Of a DNA stretch of 64,000 bases, positions 10,060-34,490 are shown in pieces. The position numbers were made by a program, and so were the translations under genes. The notes below the pieces were generated by a model that had not been told where the DNA came from, searched no databases, and saw only the letters and a list, made by a program, of their open reading frames with translations. The DNA comes from Chrysomallon squamiferum (Eukaryota; Animalia; Mollusca), in contig CM022665.1 in NCBI GenBank assembly GCA_012295275.1, forward strand, positions 29,512,001 through 29,576,000. The letters run 5' to 3'. Position 1 is the stretch's first letter, and every line of letters begins with the position of its first letter.

Positions 10060-13000
10060 AAACTGTAAAATTTCCACAAGTATGTACAGAAGGCAAAAAA
10101 CACAAAAACAACCCCAAAACAAATCTATTCAAATATTTAAAAAAAAAAACAAGATAACAGTATTTATATTGTAGTGTATGTATGACAATCTTAGTATTGA
10201 TACATTTCCAGAACTCTGAAATACATTTGTATATATGCATGCTTGTTATAGTCATTTCATGGCCAAAAAAAAAAAATGTACAAGAATTAAAAACGTAATA
10301 TCTAAAAGATTATACTGTGTTACAGTATTAAACACGGCATTCTTGTTAAATTCCCTGCAATATAACAAGAATATAAGAGAAAGAAATTAAAAAGATACCT
10401 ACAATTATCACTGTCCTTTCTATTATGTGGTTTCAGAAATCTCAGGATTATGCTAATATAGAGTATTATGACCAGCGTAAGTGTGTAAATGTGTAGTTAT
10501 ATAATTACAAAAATTGTTAATATTGTTAATAAGTAAGAACACAAATATAACAGAATTAAAACCAAACAGCCACCAATAAACACTGATATATTCAAAGGTA
10601 CATACAACATTAATTTCACTTTTTTTATGCATATATTCATGAACATAACATTTCACTGCATACACAGGAATTAGTATTGATAATAAGAATTGTTTATATA
10701 GTGAGTAAAACAAATAAAACAGTTATATATTCAAATGTACATACATTATTAATTTTACAGTGCATACACAAACATTAATACCAATAATAATAATTACTTA
10801 TATAGTGAGTAAAACAAATGTTACCTGGATATGAGTCAAATGTGCCAAACACAATCTTGAACATACAAGGAAATCAATGGTAGCTGCCTTGATTAAAATA
10901 CTAAAATATATCTAAAAACATTTGATTCCAAAAGTACTAACTAGTGTATAATAAACAGTCCACTCCATGCTGATCTTAAAATAATTTTAAACAAAATTTA
11001 AATACATTACCCTTTTCTTTTTTTTTCCCCCACAGCTCATTACACTTCATTTAACTTTAGAAATATTTTTTCTTTTATCTATATATATATTTTCCGATTT
11101 TATTTTTTTTAGCTGGGGTATCATTAACATTCAATCATTTCTTCATATATTATTCAATATTATTACTTATTGTGCGCATATACGAATAAATGTATTTCAG
11201 AAATTTTAAAATATAAAAATATCTTAGTTCATTTCAATTGAAAACATTTTAAAAGAGAATGAACTAAAAGCATTGTATAAAATATGTTCCTGTATAAGTT
11301 AATAGTGCTATGTGACCTTTTACAGCAAAATGAATGGAAAGTTGCTCATGTAAATGTTAAATGGTTGAAAATTTGTAAATTATGTTTTGTTAATTTGTTT
11401 CATCATACCTAAGCATATCATTTCTAGAGTAAAGGACACAGATTGGGTGTTCTGTGACTAGTGTATATAGCTGGTTGCTAAGGATATATGAGCAGTATCC
11501 CTAATTTTGCAAGTTATTTGAAAAATAAGATAATTAGGTTTAACCTAACTTTAATGAAGTACCTTGGAGATGAAACTTTAATCCTTTGGGAATGAAGAAG
11601 TAAAGTAAAAAGAAGACATCAATTTTGTTTTTTTTTCTCTCTCTCTCTGTGACTCATTTTACTGTAAAGAGTTGCACATTAATGCAAGGAACATCTGAAT
11701 AATATTTTTTATCTTTATTATAAAAATAAATGAAATGACAAGCTAGAAATTCTTTAGTTTGGTCATAATACATTATGAGATTGTTTAAATATTGATTATA
11801 TTTACCACATATGCCATGAATAAATAAACATCTGGAATATTAGAAGTATTTAACCATTCATAAACATATTTCACACTGAAAAATATTTTTGTATTTTTCA
11901 TGTAGCAGGTATATGCAGTGTGTGTATATAGTTTAAAAAAGATTAACATTAAATATACATCATGTAACTAAAATGTATAATAGCTGTTTAAATTAAAACT
12001 TGGAGCTGAGAATTCTTAGTTAAGTTGTTAAGTTTAGAGTTTCATATATTTGAGCACATTTACAAGAGGAATGACCCTTTAGTAAAACATTTCAAAACAG
12101 CAATAAAAACAAAGAATCAAATACTTCAGATACAAAGTGAAAAAAGGCATCCAGTAATTCTAAATTAGATCATAAAGTTGAGATTATGTAGTTAAAAGAT
12201 AAAATTCTACTTGACAGGCTTCTCCAGCTAAAAAAAAAAACCCATTCCATTCTATTAAAATGTACTGAACAGTCCTCAAATTACCAGTACTACCATACTG
12301 ATACATGTGTAAAATGAAAAAGCAAAAAAAAAAAAAAAAAATAAAAAAAAAAAAAAAATAAAAAAAATTAAATAAATAAATAAACAAATAAAAATAACAT
12401 TGTTCTTTGGCATAACATTTCTTATGTTCTTTTTCATCAGGTTTCTAAACAGGTTACTTGATCTCAGTTTTGTAGGAAGTTTTGTTTTTGTTTTACCCAA
12501 ATTTGTGGTGCACCTAACATACAAAAGATATTAAATGTTTATCAGAATATATTACAAGTGGATTTTCTTGATGGTTATTTATTTATTTATTTATTTATTT
12601 ATTTTTTATTTTTTTTTTTTATTTATGTATTTAATAACAATAATATTATAATAATTTTTCTAAAAAATAAAAATTGATTAGCATGACAGTTTAATTTGTT
12701 AGTATTTGCAACTTAGAACATGATAACAAAACAGATTATTTAAAAAATTAAGTAACTGTACATTAATTACTAATGTACAATTAACATGTGTAGTGACACC
12801 ACTATCCCCGTTTCATAAAACTGTTTGTGATTCATCTTGCACAATAATTATTTTATTATAATAAAAACATCACAGTAATTTTTGCATTGTTCAGTGAGTT
12901 AAGGCATATATCAGTTTCAACACATTTAATTATCTTTCCCATGTTAGGTATTTTAGCTCTTGGGTAATAAAAAGAAAAACTTGATTCTGACCTTGCACAC

Positions 13001-13186
13001 TTTAGTAATTTGTGGTTGTATAAAATTTTAAAATACCTTACCACTGAAGTAAAATATTTTTTAATACATTTTAACTTAAACAGTTCAACTCCAAATCTGT
13101 ATCTGTTTTGGCTTCTAATTTCACAGAAATCGTATTTTGTTCTTGTTTGCTCTGTATTTTGTTCTCTTTGTTGTAAGAAAACCTTC

Positions 13187-22750
<9,564 letters not shown>

Positions 22751-23282
22751 TGCATACTAACAACACAAACTCAGGCTAACAACAACACACAACCAAAAAA
22801 AAAAAAAAAAAAAAAAAAAAACCTATATATATATATAGGGCTGAAGTTACCGTAAATCCCTTAAGAAAACAACAGTAAAATAATACAAGTAGAAGATATT
22901 TGATATTAATATGTACTCAGTATGATAATATAAAATATGAAAAAATAAAATAAAATGCTTTAGCGATAATTCGTAATATTAAATATGGTATATACATTTT
23001 TTGACGTATTATTATTTATTAATTTATTTTTTCAGTCGGATTCCTCTCCTCCATCTAGTAAAGATCGGAAAGTAGGTCACTGTGCCTCAAATACATTATT
23101 CTCAGTATAACGTGTGCGTTAGATGATGTATGTATATACACATGACGTAAATACATTATATACAGGCCTACTTACTGATATTATTTTACTTCGTTAATTC
23201 TGACTGCTAATCTTTATCCAATAAAACAATTAAAAACAATTAAAAAAAAAAAAGAAAAGAAAAAAGAGCGTGGTATTCCCTG

Positions 23283-23332
<50 letters not shown>

Positions 23333-26300
23333 TGCAACATAAAAATAAATAAAAATCGTTATACACTGAGTAATTATTGCGCAGTTTTCAAAACCTCAAT
23401 CTTTTATTTATTTATTTATTTATTTTATGATCGAAATTACTTCACTAAAAATTAAAATAACATACTAGAAACTTAACTATCTTGGAAAATACTACATTTT
23501 ACACTGTTAGTAAAATTCATATCTAATAATTAAAAAAACAGTCATTTACAAGAATACAAAACGTAACTAATAATTTTGGCTGTGAATCCATTTCCCCGAT
23601 ACCGAAACGGCATCGGAACGATAAGAATATGAAAAAGGCGGTAGCAGACACGAAACACGAATTAATGTACTATTAAAACAGAACCAACACGGCTATATCG
23701 AATCTTTACTACTGTTTTGCAGTGTCATCTAACCTCACTAACCAAATAAAAAATGCAAAAGAAGTGTCAGTCGCTATCATTTCAACAGGTGTTGCCATTT
23801 TTTTCTGCAACTGTAGATATTGGGAAGCAGTTTAGTATCCCAGTGTTCTGAAGAAGCTTTTACTGTAAAAAACATTAAAAAAATAAAAATACCCCCCCCC
23901 AAAAAAAAAACAATGTTACATTGTAATGTTGTTAACTTACGATTAGGTTATCACGTCGTAAGTATAATTACATGTAACTGTGGAGTGAATAATAATAATA
24001 ACCGTCATCATCATCACCAGCAGCAGCAGCAGCATTAATAAATAAAATAACTGGCTTCGAACCAATAAATCCAGTTAATATATTTCTTCAACTCGACATA
24101 TATTAGCAGTAAATACTGAGCTTAAGAGACTTTTAACAAGAGATGATTTTGCACGTCAAAGATCAGGAGATGAAGACAACTGGAGGAAATTCGCTCTATG
24201 CAGTTTTGGGCTACACGGAATAACGTCTTTTCCTCACAACTGTTATATATATATATATCCGTCCAAAAGGCTCGCTGTATGAGGGACCTGTCTTTTTCTG
24301 AGCTAATTCAGTAGCTAGTTTAGTAGTGGTAACATTTTTATCTTCAACTTCTTGCCTGAAGGAATATTATATTAAAATAATAATTTATTACCTTTTTTTT
24401 AATGTGTATGTGACTGTGTGTGCGCGTGTGACATTTATCTATATATATGTTTTATTTTCTTCCTTAACTCAAAACTCTACCAGCAGCTAGAAAAACAGAA
24501 ATGCAAGCGAACAGATACTTTCTACACACATGCAAACACCAAACCAACCTTTCATTACAATTATATCAAAATAAAACGAAAACAAAAAGAAAACAGAAAT
24601 AGATATACAATTTGCATATCTTTAATAATTTCATTTACAAACAATATAAACAGAATTTACCACAAATGCACATTACAAAAAAAAAAGAAGAAGAAGAAGA
24701 AATCCAAATACTGTGAGGACAATACGAAAAGCGAAGTGAAATATTTGCTTTAAGTTTAGTGATGGCGGAGCTCTCTTTCCTTACCAGGATCTATCAACTC
24801 CCATGATAATGCAGTTGTTTGACTGGTGTCCAAAATACATTTCTGACCTTATTAATAAAATCAATGACAGCAGCACTGTGTCCAGACAGAATATAATTTT
24901 TGAAAAAATTAACTTGTGGGCCAATTAGAATTTTGAGCAACTATTATTATTGTTAACGCAATATTTTATATTGAAATTATATATTATTTGTTATTCGTGG
25001 GTTTTTTGTTTCTTTGTTAAATGCCAAGATAATTCTTTAAGTTGCGTCTTCAATCTTTTTTTTTTTTTTTCGCACACTGACATTTCAGTACGATGCTGTT
25101 ATTGAAAAAACAACAACATCAAAACAACCTGAAACCCCAAAGAACTGACAGCACCGTGTGGCTGAAAAAGAAACAAAAATATTTTTCTGCTGTGATGAAA
25201 TCAAAATATATCAAATCTTAGGACAGCGCTTTTAATGTTTTGTTGATCATATTCAAACATGTGGTGCTGGCGCCATCTATGTTATTACGTGTTTCTGGTC
25301 AGATGAAAGGAAAAAAAGCTCCACCGTCATCAAATATTGCATTTTATTACTAAAGTACTTATATACTTCAGAAAAGGAAGGTAAATACTGAAGTAAATGC
25401 TTCCTTTATTATTTGATTTTAAAATTACAAGTAAAATGAATCAACAACAAACATGAAACGCATATAAATACGACATAAATTGGAATGTCCACTAGAATAT
25501 GAAAAATGTATACTATACGTACAATGAAAAGTAAAATAAAAAACCAATGTATATTTGTTTTTGATTTTATAATAATAATAAGCTAGAACTTTTTTTTTTT
25601 TTTTTAAATACATAAACATAACTGGAATGGCAAACGTAGTTACAAAATAATACAGATAATTAACCATTATACATTTAACTTAAATCGACAAGCTAATAAA
25701 CTAGGCTTGTTCAACGATTCAATACATTTATGCTCCTTTATACATTTAATCTAAATAAACACCTTAATAAGGCTTAAGCATAAACCTTTTTATATTGTAT
25801 AAATTTCATATATGTGGAAAAATTAAATAAATAAAATTATATATCATTCACAGAAAGTATACAACTTAAAGTAAAACAATGTTAATAGCATTTATAGCAA
25901 CTAAATTTTTAGCTATATAAAAGGAGTACATAAAATGCTTAATATCTAACAAACTTTTGATACTGACAGTCTAACAAAGAAAAGAAACGTAATTTAATGA
26001 ATAATGATAACGGATTTCGTCTTGACAAATTCTTGGTCTCCGCTAATTCGTTTGACAAAAAATTGAATTATGTAACATTATGTAACCAATGTGGTTCATC
26101 CAGTTAGCACCAAAACTAAGTAGCAGTTTCTTTTAAATGCGTTCAATTCTGAAAACGAATTCTACAAATACTGTCAATGAAAGACCACCAACGTACGTAA
26201 GTGTATGCATGTAATATTACATCAAATGAAAACAATGAAAAGTAATTAAGGTAAAAATAACGTTCAGGCAGATTGTACAGCTCGATATACATTTTTAAAA

Positions 26301-26395
26301 AAGGTGTACACAATTACTTTAAAAATTAACACCTTGATCATTTTATGTGTAAAACTTATATTAAAAAAAAAAAAAAAAAAAAATAAAAATAATAA

Positions 26396-26464
<69 letters not shown>

Positions 26465-28021
26465 AAACAAACAAACAAACAAACAATAAAATAAAATAAA
26501 ATAAATAATCTTATGGCGATCACATTTTAATCACAAATAAAAATTAGAGAAAAAAGTTCATGGATGTTGACAAATTAAGATATTTTAAATACGATTCATT
26601 TGTAAATATACTATAAATAATTTCTACAACTAAAAAAAAAAAAAAAAAAACGTTCTCTGTGAGTGACAGTAAACAAAAAATTATTAAAAAAAAGATATAT
26701 AAATAAATAAATTAAAATTATAAAAAAGACTTGTTTACTCATTGTTATAAAAGAATATTTTGGGGTCCAAAAATAATTAACTGGATAAGAACGTTCACTG
26801 TTTTGATTGGTTTATTTGATCTGGCCATTTCTTTTCTTATCTCCTGAGGTTATAAATAAAATAACATTTTGCTACAACGTTTAAAAATGAAAAATAAAAC
26901 ACTTCAAACGCAACACGACAGTTTCGTAAGATTGTGAATTTTAAAAATGACGCTGTTTTTATAACTGCATATTTAGCGTTGAAAATATTATTAAAATTCC
27001 ATTTGTATCATTTGGTATATAATATAATCGATAACCAAAAAACTGGATAAAAAAGATAATAATAATAATAATAATTGAAATTAATAATAACAATAATAAA
27101 TTCATTGTACTTACATAATAATAATAACAAAACGAACTTGAGCAATTTGTAAACTGAATATACAGAAAATAAAACATTAGTACATCACTATAAACATATA
27201 ACTTGTTTCATACCAACATTTATAAAAATATAAAAATATGATAAAATTTGGCAATAATAACCTTTTGATTTTTTTTTTTTACGTTTTCATTTAGATAAAG
27301 CTTTGAATATACATTGTTAAAGATATCTAACATCTAAACATTTGTAATATTTTATTTATCATTAAAATATAAAATTTATTTAAAAATTTGTACCACATTA
27401 AAATACGTAATTTAGCTATTTTGTTACTGTAAGGATATTATTAGTTACATAGTAATTCCAAATCTGACATGCGAAAACAATAAAATGTGAACAGAGCAGT
27501 GTTTGCCACATGACATTTCAGATGACATAATGTCTGCTATAAATCTCTCTTGAAAGCAGTAAGCTTCTTTATTTATAAAAATTGCATAGTGATATATAAT
27601 AAAAATACATTATGATGTATATATTATTTGACATGACTATATATAAACTGTTTATTTATTTATTTTTATTATTATTTTTTTTTTTTTTATTATTATTTTA
27701 CTGCCCTTGTTTTCTATTCTTTAAGAGTTATAAAATATAAAATAATAAAACTATTATTGTAAGGTTAAAAAAATTTGCCCCTGCCAATCTTTAACAAGAA
27801 ATTTTGTGTTGTGTTCGCCTATCAAAAGTGATTATACCGTGTACTGAAAATCTTGCGCTCTTCGGCCTACATATTAAAGTGATGTTTTAAACAATCTAGA
27901 GAATAAATTCTTCTACAAATTCTACTGAATTTCAGCAATTACTTTTCTGTTTCCTGAATACATGTGTGAAGACAGATATATATTTCTTTTTAGCAGTCAG
28001 TTTAATTTGTATTTACATTTA

Positions 28022-28425
28022 TCACAAGATTACACATTTTCTGGTCCTTTTCCGCTTATCGGGCACTTTTGGTTCCAGCACGGCTAAAATTGCTTCATCA
28101 AAAACGTCCTTAAGTCCTTTTTTCGTAAGTGCTGAGCACTCTACGTAAGAATTGGCTCCAAGCTTTGCTGACAGCCGTTCTCCTTCTTCTGGTGTGATAG
28201 GTTTTTGCCGACGCTTTTGCAGTTTTTGCCTTGTCTGTTCGTTATCCCGAAGATCTATCTGTGTTCCAACTATGAGAAACGGCGCCCTGGGTACGTTGTG
28301 CCTGATCTCAGGGACCCATTTCTGTTCCAGGTTTTTCATCGATTCTGGCATAACCACAGAAAATGCGACCAAAAATACACTTGTTTCCGTGTACGATAAC
28401 TGTCTCAGGCTGGTGTATTCTTCCT

Positions 28426-28486
<61 letters not shown>

Positions 28487-28524
28487 CAACAACGACAACA
28501 AACGCGTTACACAATTTGTATTTT

Positions 28525-28564
<40 letters not shown>

Positions 28565-31351
28565 TGTTTGTTATTTGATAATTCTGTGTTTGACATACAG
28601 TAACTGTTAGTACGAATATGTGTCAGTAAATATTCATTTATTTATTTATTTAAATTTAACTCCATACCTGTCCTGCAGTATCAAAAAGGCCAAGCTGATA
28701 CGGATGTTCACGAATGTTGACCGTCACTGAAAAGAACAATTTATATTAATATTTGTTTTTTATTATTATATTTTTAGAAAAAAAATGTGGAAGGAGGACT
28801 GTAAAGGAGGATCATTAGACGAAAAGATACTACTATCTGTCGAGTGGTATTTCGAGAATCTAATTCTGCAAGAGTTCCAGCTGTGTATGGAAATCTGAGG
28901 AAAGTGAGTTTCAGTGGCTCGGGCACTTAGCCCAGAAAACCTTTCTGCTACGTTCAAAATAATAACAGGTTTTTATCTTCTAGACGTTCGTAGAAGTCCT
29001 GCGTCTGAGCATTTACTTTCACTTGAAAGAACTACTATGTCAGTATATTCAAAGATATGCAGGCTGTATCTCTGTGAAATATTACAATTACATTAAATAT
29101 TCCATTAACAAACTTTCTCGTAAATGTCTTTTGTCTGTCACGATGATGTTATTTAAAAGAAAATTGGCCATTAACAATTTTGTAAGAATCAAAACACACG
29201 ATGGCTTGTAATTATCCAAAGAATAAAATAATGGTTTAAAATCGAAAAGATTAAATTATGATCATTTTATAAAAGTGTTTAAATGAACGAAAATCTCCCG
29301 TCCAAGCAAGATCGTATCGTCTCCAAGCTTCTTCACTTGTTGTTATTATTTTGTCGATATTTGTATTATTCGCAAAGTTTGATCTTCAGTTTTTTTCTTC
29401 GCTTTACATTTTTTTTTTTTTTAAATTACTACTGCAACTACAATAACTACTATTACTGCTGCTGTACTACTACCACTAGCAATAACAATGCACTTAAAGC
29501 TCTTTAAAAAACACAACCGGTATATCGCTATTGTCAAAACAGTCCTTTAGCTCCGATCGTCTGTATTTAGTATACAAAATTTACCTCGTTTTACCCTGTT
29601 TTATTATTATTTTTAAACATTAAGACTTCGCTTTGAACAACTTCATGTCGGCGTACTTCAATATCTTCACACAGAAAAAAAAAGTTTTTTTTAAGTAACT
29701 CTATAAACAAAACACCTCCCCTTAGCTCGTGTTTTGTACTGCGAAACACTATGCGATCGCGTATTGCTTTTCTGATCATAAGAAATAATCTATCGTGCAA
29801 TTCTTCTTAACTGGTTCGTTGACAGCTTATCGAACGATCAGAATAAAGGGGTCAGTATTTTCCGAGTCAGACAGGCAAGCAATGGGGATAGTTTTGGGCC
29901 AGTATTCAGTAATTCATAATCTCAGTGAACTTATAATATCCCATCTCGTTTTAACGCCAAAATCAGATGTACACCTTTTTCGGCATTATAAAGTTTTGAC
30001 AACAAAAGATAAATATGCACTTTGATCTAAAATATATGCTAGCTTTTTGTCAAGATCATTGCAAATAAGCATACAGCAGAGCAGAATTGATATACCAAAG
30101 GACCATGAGCAGGCGTTAATTCAGTGGTCGCACGATCGATTCATTTCAGCGCATCCAGATGTATTTATTTTCGTTTGTAGAGCAATACATGTGAATGACG
30201 TATTACAGATTCTGAGGAAGTCCTGATTACTTACTGCTAATGAAAAGTATGTAGCAGCTTCGCCATAATTGTTTCTGTTTTGTTTTTTCACTCCTTATAT
30301 TACTGATATTAAGTTGAACTGTCAGTATATGGATTGGCTCATTACAGCGTATCTGTTAATTATTCTCTTATATTAAGTATTTATAAATGTATCAAATAAT
30401 AATAATAAAAGAAAACATTTCAGAACAGAAAAAATATAATAAAGTAGTAAAACGTTCTTTTATTTTAATTTTTTTTTTTTCAAAACAAAAACTCAAAAAT
30501 TCTGAAAAAATCAGCAAATCAACAAACAAATAATACTTGAAATCTGAAATAATGACACGTTATCAGAGGACATGAAAGATTGTCAAATAACAGCTGACGG
30601 GGGAAAAGTGATAAACGGATTACTGTTGATGGCTGCTAACAGTGACTTACTAAATGGTTTTGTCTACATCATGCGAAAGAAAGTGTGTCAACAACAGGAC
30701 ACGGTTTCCTGCTCTGTACACAGGATGAACACGTCCCACACCATACAGAGATAGTTGACAAAACCTGTACGAGGCCACCACATGCTGACGTGTTGCCTGC
30801 TGGCAACATTACCTTCAGCATATCAGCATCTCTAAAATACGACTAATGCAACATGGCCAATTAACACCAAGAACATCATTGCACAACAAACTTTATAAGC
30901 CAGTTATTTTTTACTGTCAATATTTCCTTGTGGTATAGCAATGTCTTGATCTATCCTGTAGACTACCTAACGGTTAAGGATAATTTTGTTGTTGCTCTTT
31001 ACTTACGGAGATAAAACATTTATCAAATACAAAACAAAAACAGTGACACCTAATTGCTGTGACAGAAAAAGAAGATAATGAACAATTACTTAATGACTGT
31101 ATTAACAAACAAAAGCTTACTGTAGTCATTGTTAAACACGTAGGTTTTTTAACTACCAAAACAAAGACGACACAGGGTAATTACACGTAAAGCTCTAAAC
31201 TGTTGAACTTCGTGACGAAAGACAATGGCCCAGGATCAAACCAACTGGTAGAAAAACGAAAGATCATTCATTACTTTAATTAAACCAACGTATATTTTTA
31301 AAAGAGAAAAAACGAACGTGATTTACGAATACTTTTCATATCGTTAAACTT

Positions 31352-31431
<80 letters not shown>

Positions 31432-33428
31432 GTATTGTAATACAATGAAAGTTCGGTTTTAAAGTTTATAAAATCTAAAACTGGTTTCATGAAAACAAAA
31501 AAATATGACCTATACTACGTGTTTCCTACATGCTATTCTTTATTTCTTTAGTTTAGTATCGTAAATTAAAATCTGGACCATCGCAGTGTTTCTAATAAAA
31601 CCAGAAGGGGTGGTTAAGAAATACCGTGTTCAGGTTCAACACTTCAACAGATTATGTCTGTTAGATTTTCTTTTAATAATTGTAAAATTAAAAATAAAAA
31701 ATATTTTTAAGCGATTATCTACTGACCAAATTACATTAGTTATTATCAAGATTTATATGCGTCGAAGCAGTTAGTTAACAGGTATAAATTAACAATGTTT
31801 GTGAACGAACAGTTAGCCAAAAAAAAATAAAAGTATATTTATTTTGCTAAACAGACAAAATCTGGCACTTTTACTCTTCTGCATCACTCTTCAAACATTT
31901 GGGTTTTACCAGAAATCAATATCTACATGCGTCGTATTATCCATTTAATGATGTCAGTAAATAATCTCGTGCATCTGTTTAACGTTTAATGTATAGACAA
32001 GACAGTGTTACACTTCGCTGTTGCTCAATAAATAAAGTAATGCATTCTGATGAGACAAAATGAAAAGTAAATTTGCCAGATGAAATAAAATAATTGATTT
32101 GTCTACTTTATGTAAAGTCCTGAATTGTTAAGGACATATCTTGTTATTTTTAAAATTTTGGTCAGGAACAAATCCTTACGTAATTATTTTACAGAATAAT
32201 TGATGTTTTGTCACTTTAAAAATAATGCACTCTTCACATCATATACAAGATTTATATTCAAAATATTCACAACATCGTAAGAATAAGTAATCTTTATCAA
32301 AACGTGCAGAGTTTTGACTATAAATAATTTTCTGTTATTATTATTATTATTTAATTTTATTTGTTTATATTTATATTTTCTCTCTCTCTCTCTCTCTTCA
32401 TTGCGAAAAGTCTTTTACACGCAGTAATCAGGAAACTCGAACACTTCAAATGTGAAGTAATAACTGATAAATATCAGTGCAGGTTCATATGTGTGCAGGA
32501 AAATATCCTCTACAAAAGGTCAAACCTCTTATTATAATATTAATGTATCCTGGTTATTGAAGGATTACTGTCTTTCTTCGAAAAACAAAATAGACGAGAA
32601 CTAGATATTGAAATTGAGGAGTGGTTTGAGTAGTTTTAAACTACTGTTTACTTCATTTGTTATCTAGATTTGAAAGTAAATATGTCTTATATACATCTAA
32701 GTTTAATTTTTCCCCCTCCCCAATCGCATTACGAGACGAATAAATAAATATCTAGCGAGAGTTTTGTATTCATTCCTTCTTCACTTTGATTTCAGTATTA
32801 CTGAAATCAAACTTTCGAGAGTGCGATTAGAAAAACTGGTATATTCAGTTATCATTATAAGCAAACTCTGAGAAGCTAACTACAAATTTAACTAACGGCA
32901 AACGCGTTCAATTATAACAACATGTATGTATATAGTCTTAAAGGGATAGTTATTCCCAGAGTGATACGCGTTTGGGGCAAGTGCTGTTGATTGTAGTAAC
33001 CACAAAACACAAGAACCTGTTAACGTCAAATGTGTATAAGAATGCGGTACCCTATAATCAGAGTGGGATCGACTTAACGGAAAATGTATTGGATTATTTG
33101 TGTTTTATGACACTTTCGAGAAATACTAGTCTGATTGAGCGAGGGCAACTTAACTTTATCTTTTACGGCTTATAGACCTTATTCATTTTAGTTTTCGAAA
33201 CAGAATTAAGTGGGAAAATATATGTTAATGAAAAAATGTTTTTCCGTAGGTAACTATTAATGTATTATTAACTATAACTTTATATAAGGACCCACCTGCG
33301 TAATTGTCAAACACCGTTGGTATATATTCCGTTGGAAACTTGTTTGTAGCATAACTCATCAGCATACATGTTTTGCCCACCGCCCCATCCCCAACAACAA
33401 CACATTTGATAAAATTGGGCTCCCCCAT
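28022..33428 (-). CDS. Rho-family GTPase, Cdc42/RhoJ/RhoQ-like divergent paralogue, 3 exons, 197 aa
   Basis: Exons 33428-33296, 28726-28668, 28423-28022. Motifs [24 protein letters not shown], the Cdc42-subfamily GTQIDLR, ECSAL, and a polybasic tail plus CAAX CVIL. Confidence 0.92.
28427..28483. repeat. (AAT)n microsatellite abutting the exon 3 acceptor of the Rho GTPase
   Basis: Direct reading; source of the poly-L, poly-I and poly-N ORFs in the track. Confidence 0.95.
31355..31430. repeat. (AAT)n microsatellite
   Basis: Direct reading. Confidence 0.95.
31683..31773. repeat. ~90-bp dispersed repeat, copy 2 (copy 1 at 18520-18609)
   Basis: Same-orientation, near-identical match to 18520-18609. 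Confidence 0.85.
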
Positions 33429-33915
33429 TTCAAGCTCACTTGAGCTTCGATGACTTCAACTCTTTAATGGCGCTCTTCGCAATATTGTTGAGTGACGTCA
33501 GTGTCGGGTCGGATGTGCCTATTTTTAGATAAAACATTCGTAACTCTTCGGCCAACAACAAATCCCGTTACTGCGGATGCTTCTTCAAGTGAAAATGTTT
33601 AGCATTGTTTTTCCGAACATAACAAGAAACTCGTATCACAAATTATTCCTGTAATATGCTTGTATATTCTGGTAAAGCGATTCAAAGCTATGATATTTTA
33701 ATATAATGTGAATAAAATATGCTTAAATATAACATTAATTTTACATTCAAGTAGAATATCAGGAGTTGTCGAATATTTGACTATACCAACAATTTAAACT
33801 GGGATAAATATTATAACAATAAATAAATAAATAAATAAATAAATAATAATATGGAAATAAATAAAAAGTAGTCATCCGTTTAATACTTATTTTTTTGAAA
33901 ACATGGCAAGATGAC

Positions 33916-34002
<87 letters not shown>

Positions 34003-34490
34003 ATAGATATATGTGTAAGTGTAATATGCTGCAACCAATTTGTCCTTCAGAACGGTTTTTGTAACAATTGATTAAATGTAAGCTTTATTTAAATTATCTT
34101 TAGTCATTTCAAGTAATATCAATTTTAATTAATAACTTTTTAGAATATGAATTATCCGTAGAAAAATGTAAGCTTTATTTAAATTATCTTTAGTCATTTC
34201 AAGTAATATCAATTTTAATTAATAACTTTTTAGAATATGAATTATCCATAGAAAAATAATTAATTTATAACAAAGAGGCGTTTGCTGTTTCCACTTAATT
34301 TAATAATAATAAATTTCTAAATGCTTGTGCTTTATCATAATTGTTGTTGTTGTTGTTATTGTTATTATTACTTGCAGTAATTACTATTTTTATTGTTTTT
34401 ACTTTATTCAGTATCACTTGGAGTACACAAGATTTATCTAACACTAAAGGTGCTGGAAATAGAATATAGTTAATTAATATATTCATCATT
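33429..34490. promoter_or_regulatory. Divergent promoter region between the Rho GTPase and profilin-like genes
   Basis: CRE TGACGTCA at 33493-33500 and a CpG-rich stretch at 33430-33640. Contains (TC)n at 33918-33996 and a 90-bp tandem duplication. Confidence 0.5.
34074..34255. repeat. 90-bp tandem duplication (2 copies)
   Basis: AATGTAAGCTTTATTTAAATTATC...GAATTATCCRTAGAAA repeats with period 90 (34081 vs 34171); one mismatch seen. Confidence 0.95.

Noticed and set aside
25140-25270. RE1/NRSE-like half sites (CAGCACC, GGACAGCGC)
   Set aside because: The halves are not at canonical spacing, and REST is not established in this lineage.
28022-28610. Poly-Leu 'signal peptide' on the GTPase ORF and the poly-N/poly-I ORFs
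   Set aside because: Intronic (AAT)n read-through; the true exon starts at 28423.
28785-28898. 37-codon plus-strand ORF (MWKEDCKGG..) in the Rho GTPase intron
   Set aside because: No homology or splice support recognised; more likely a decayed repeat.
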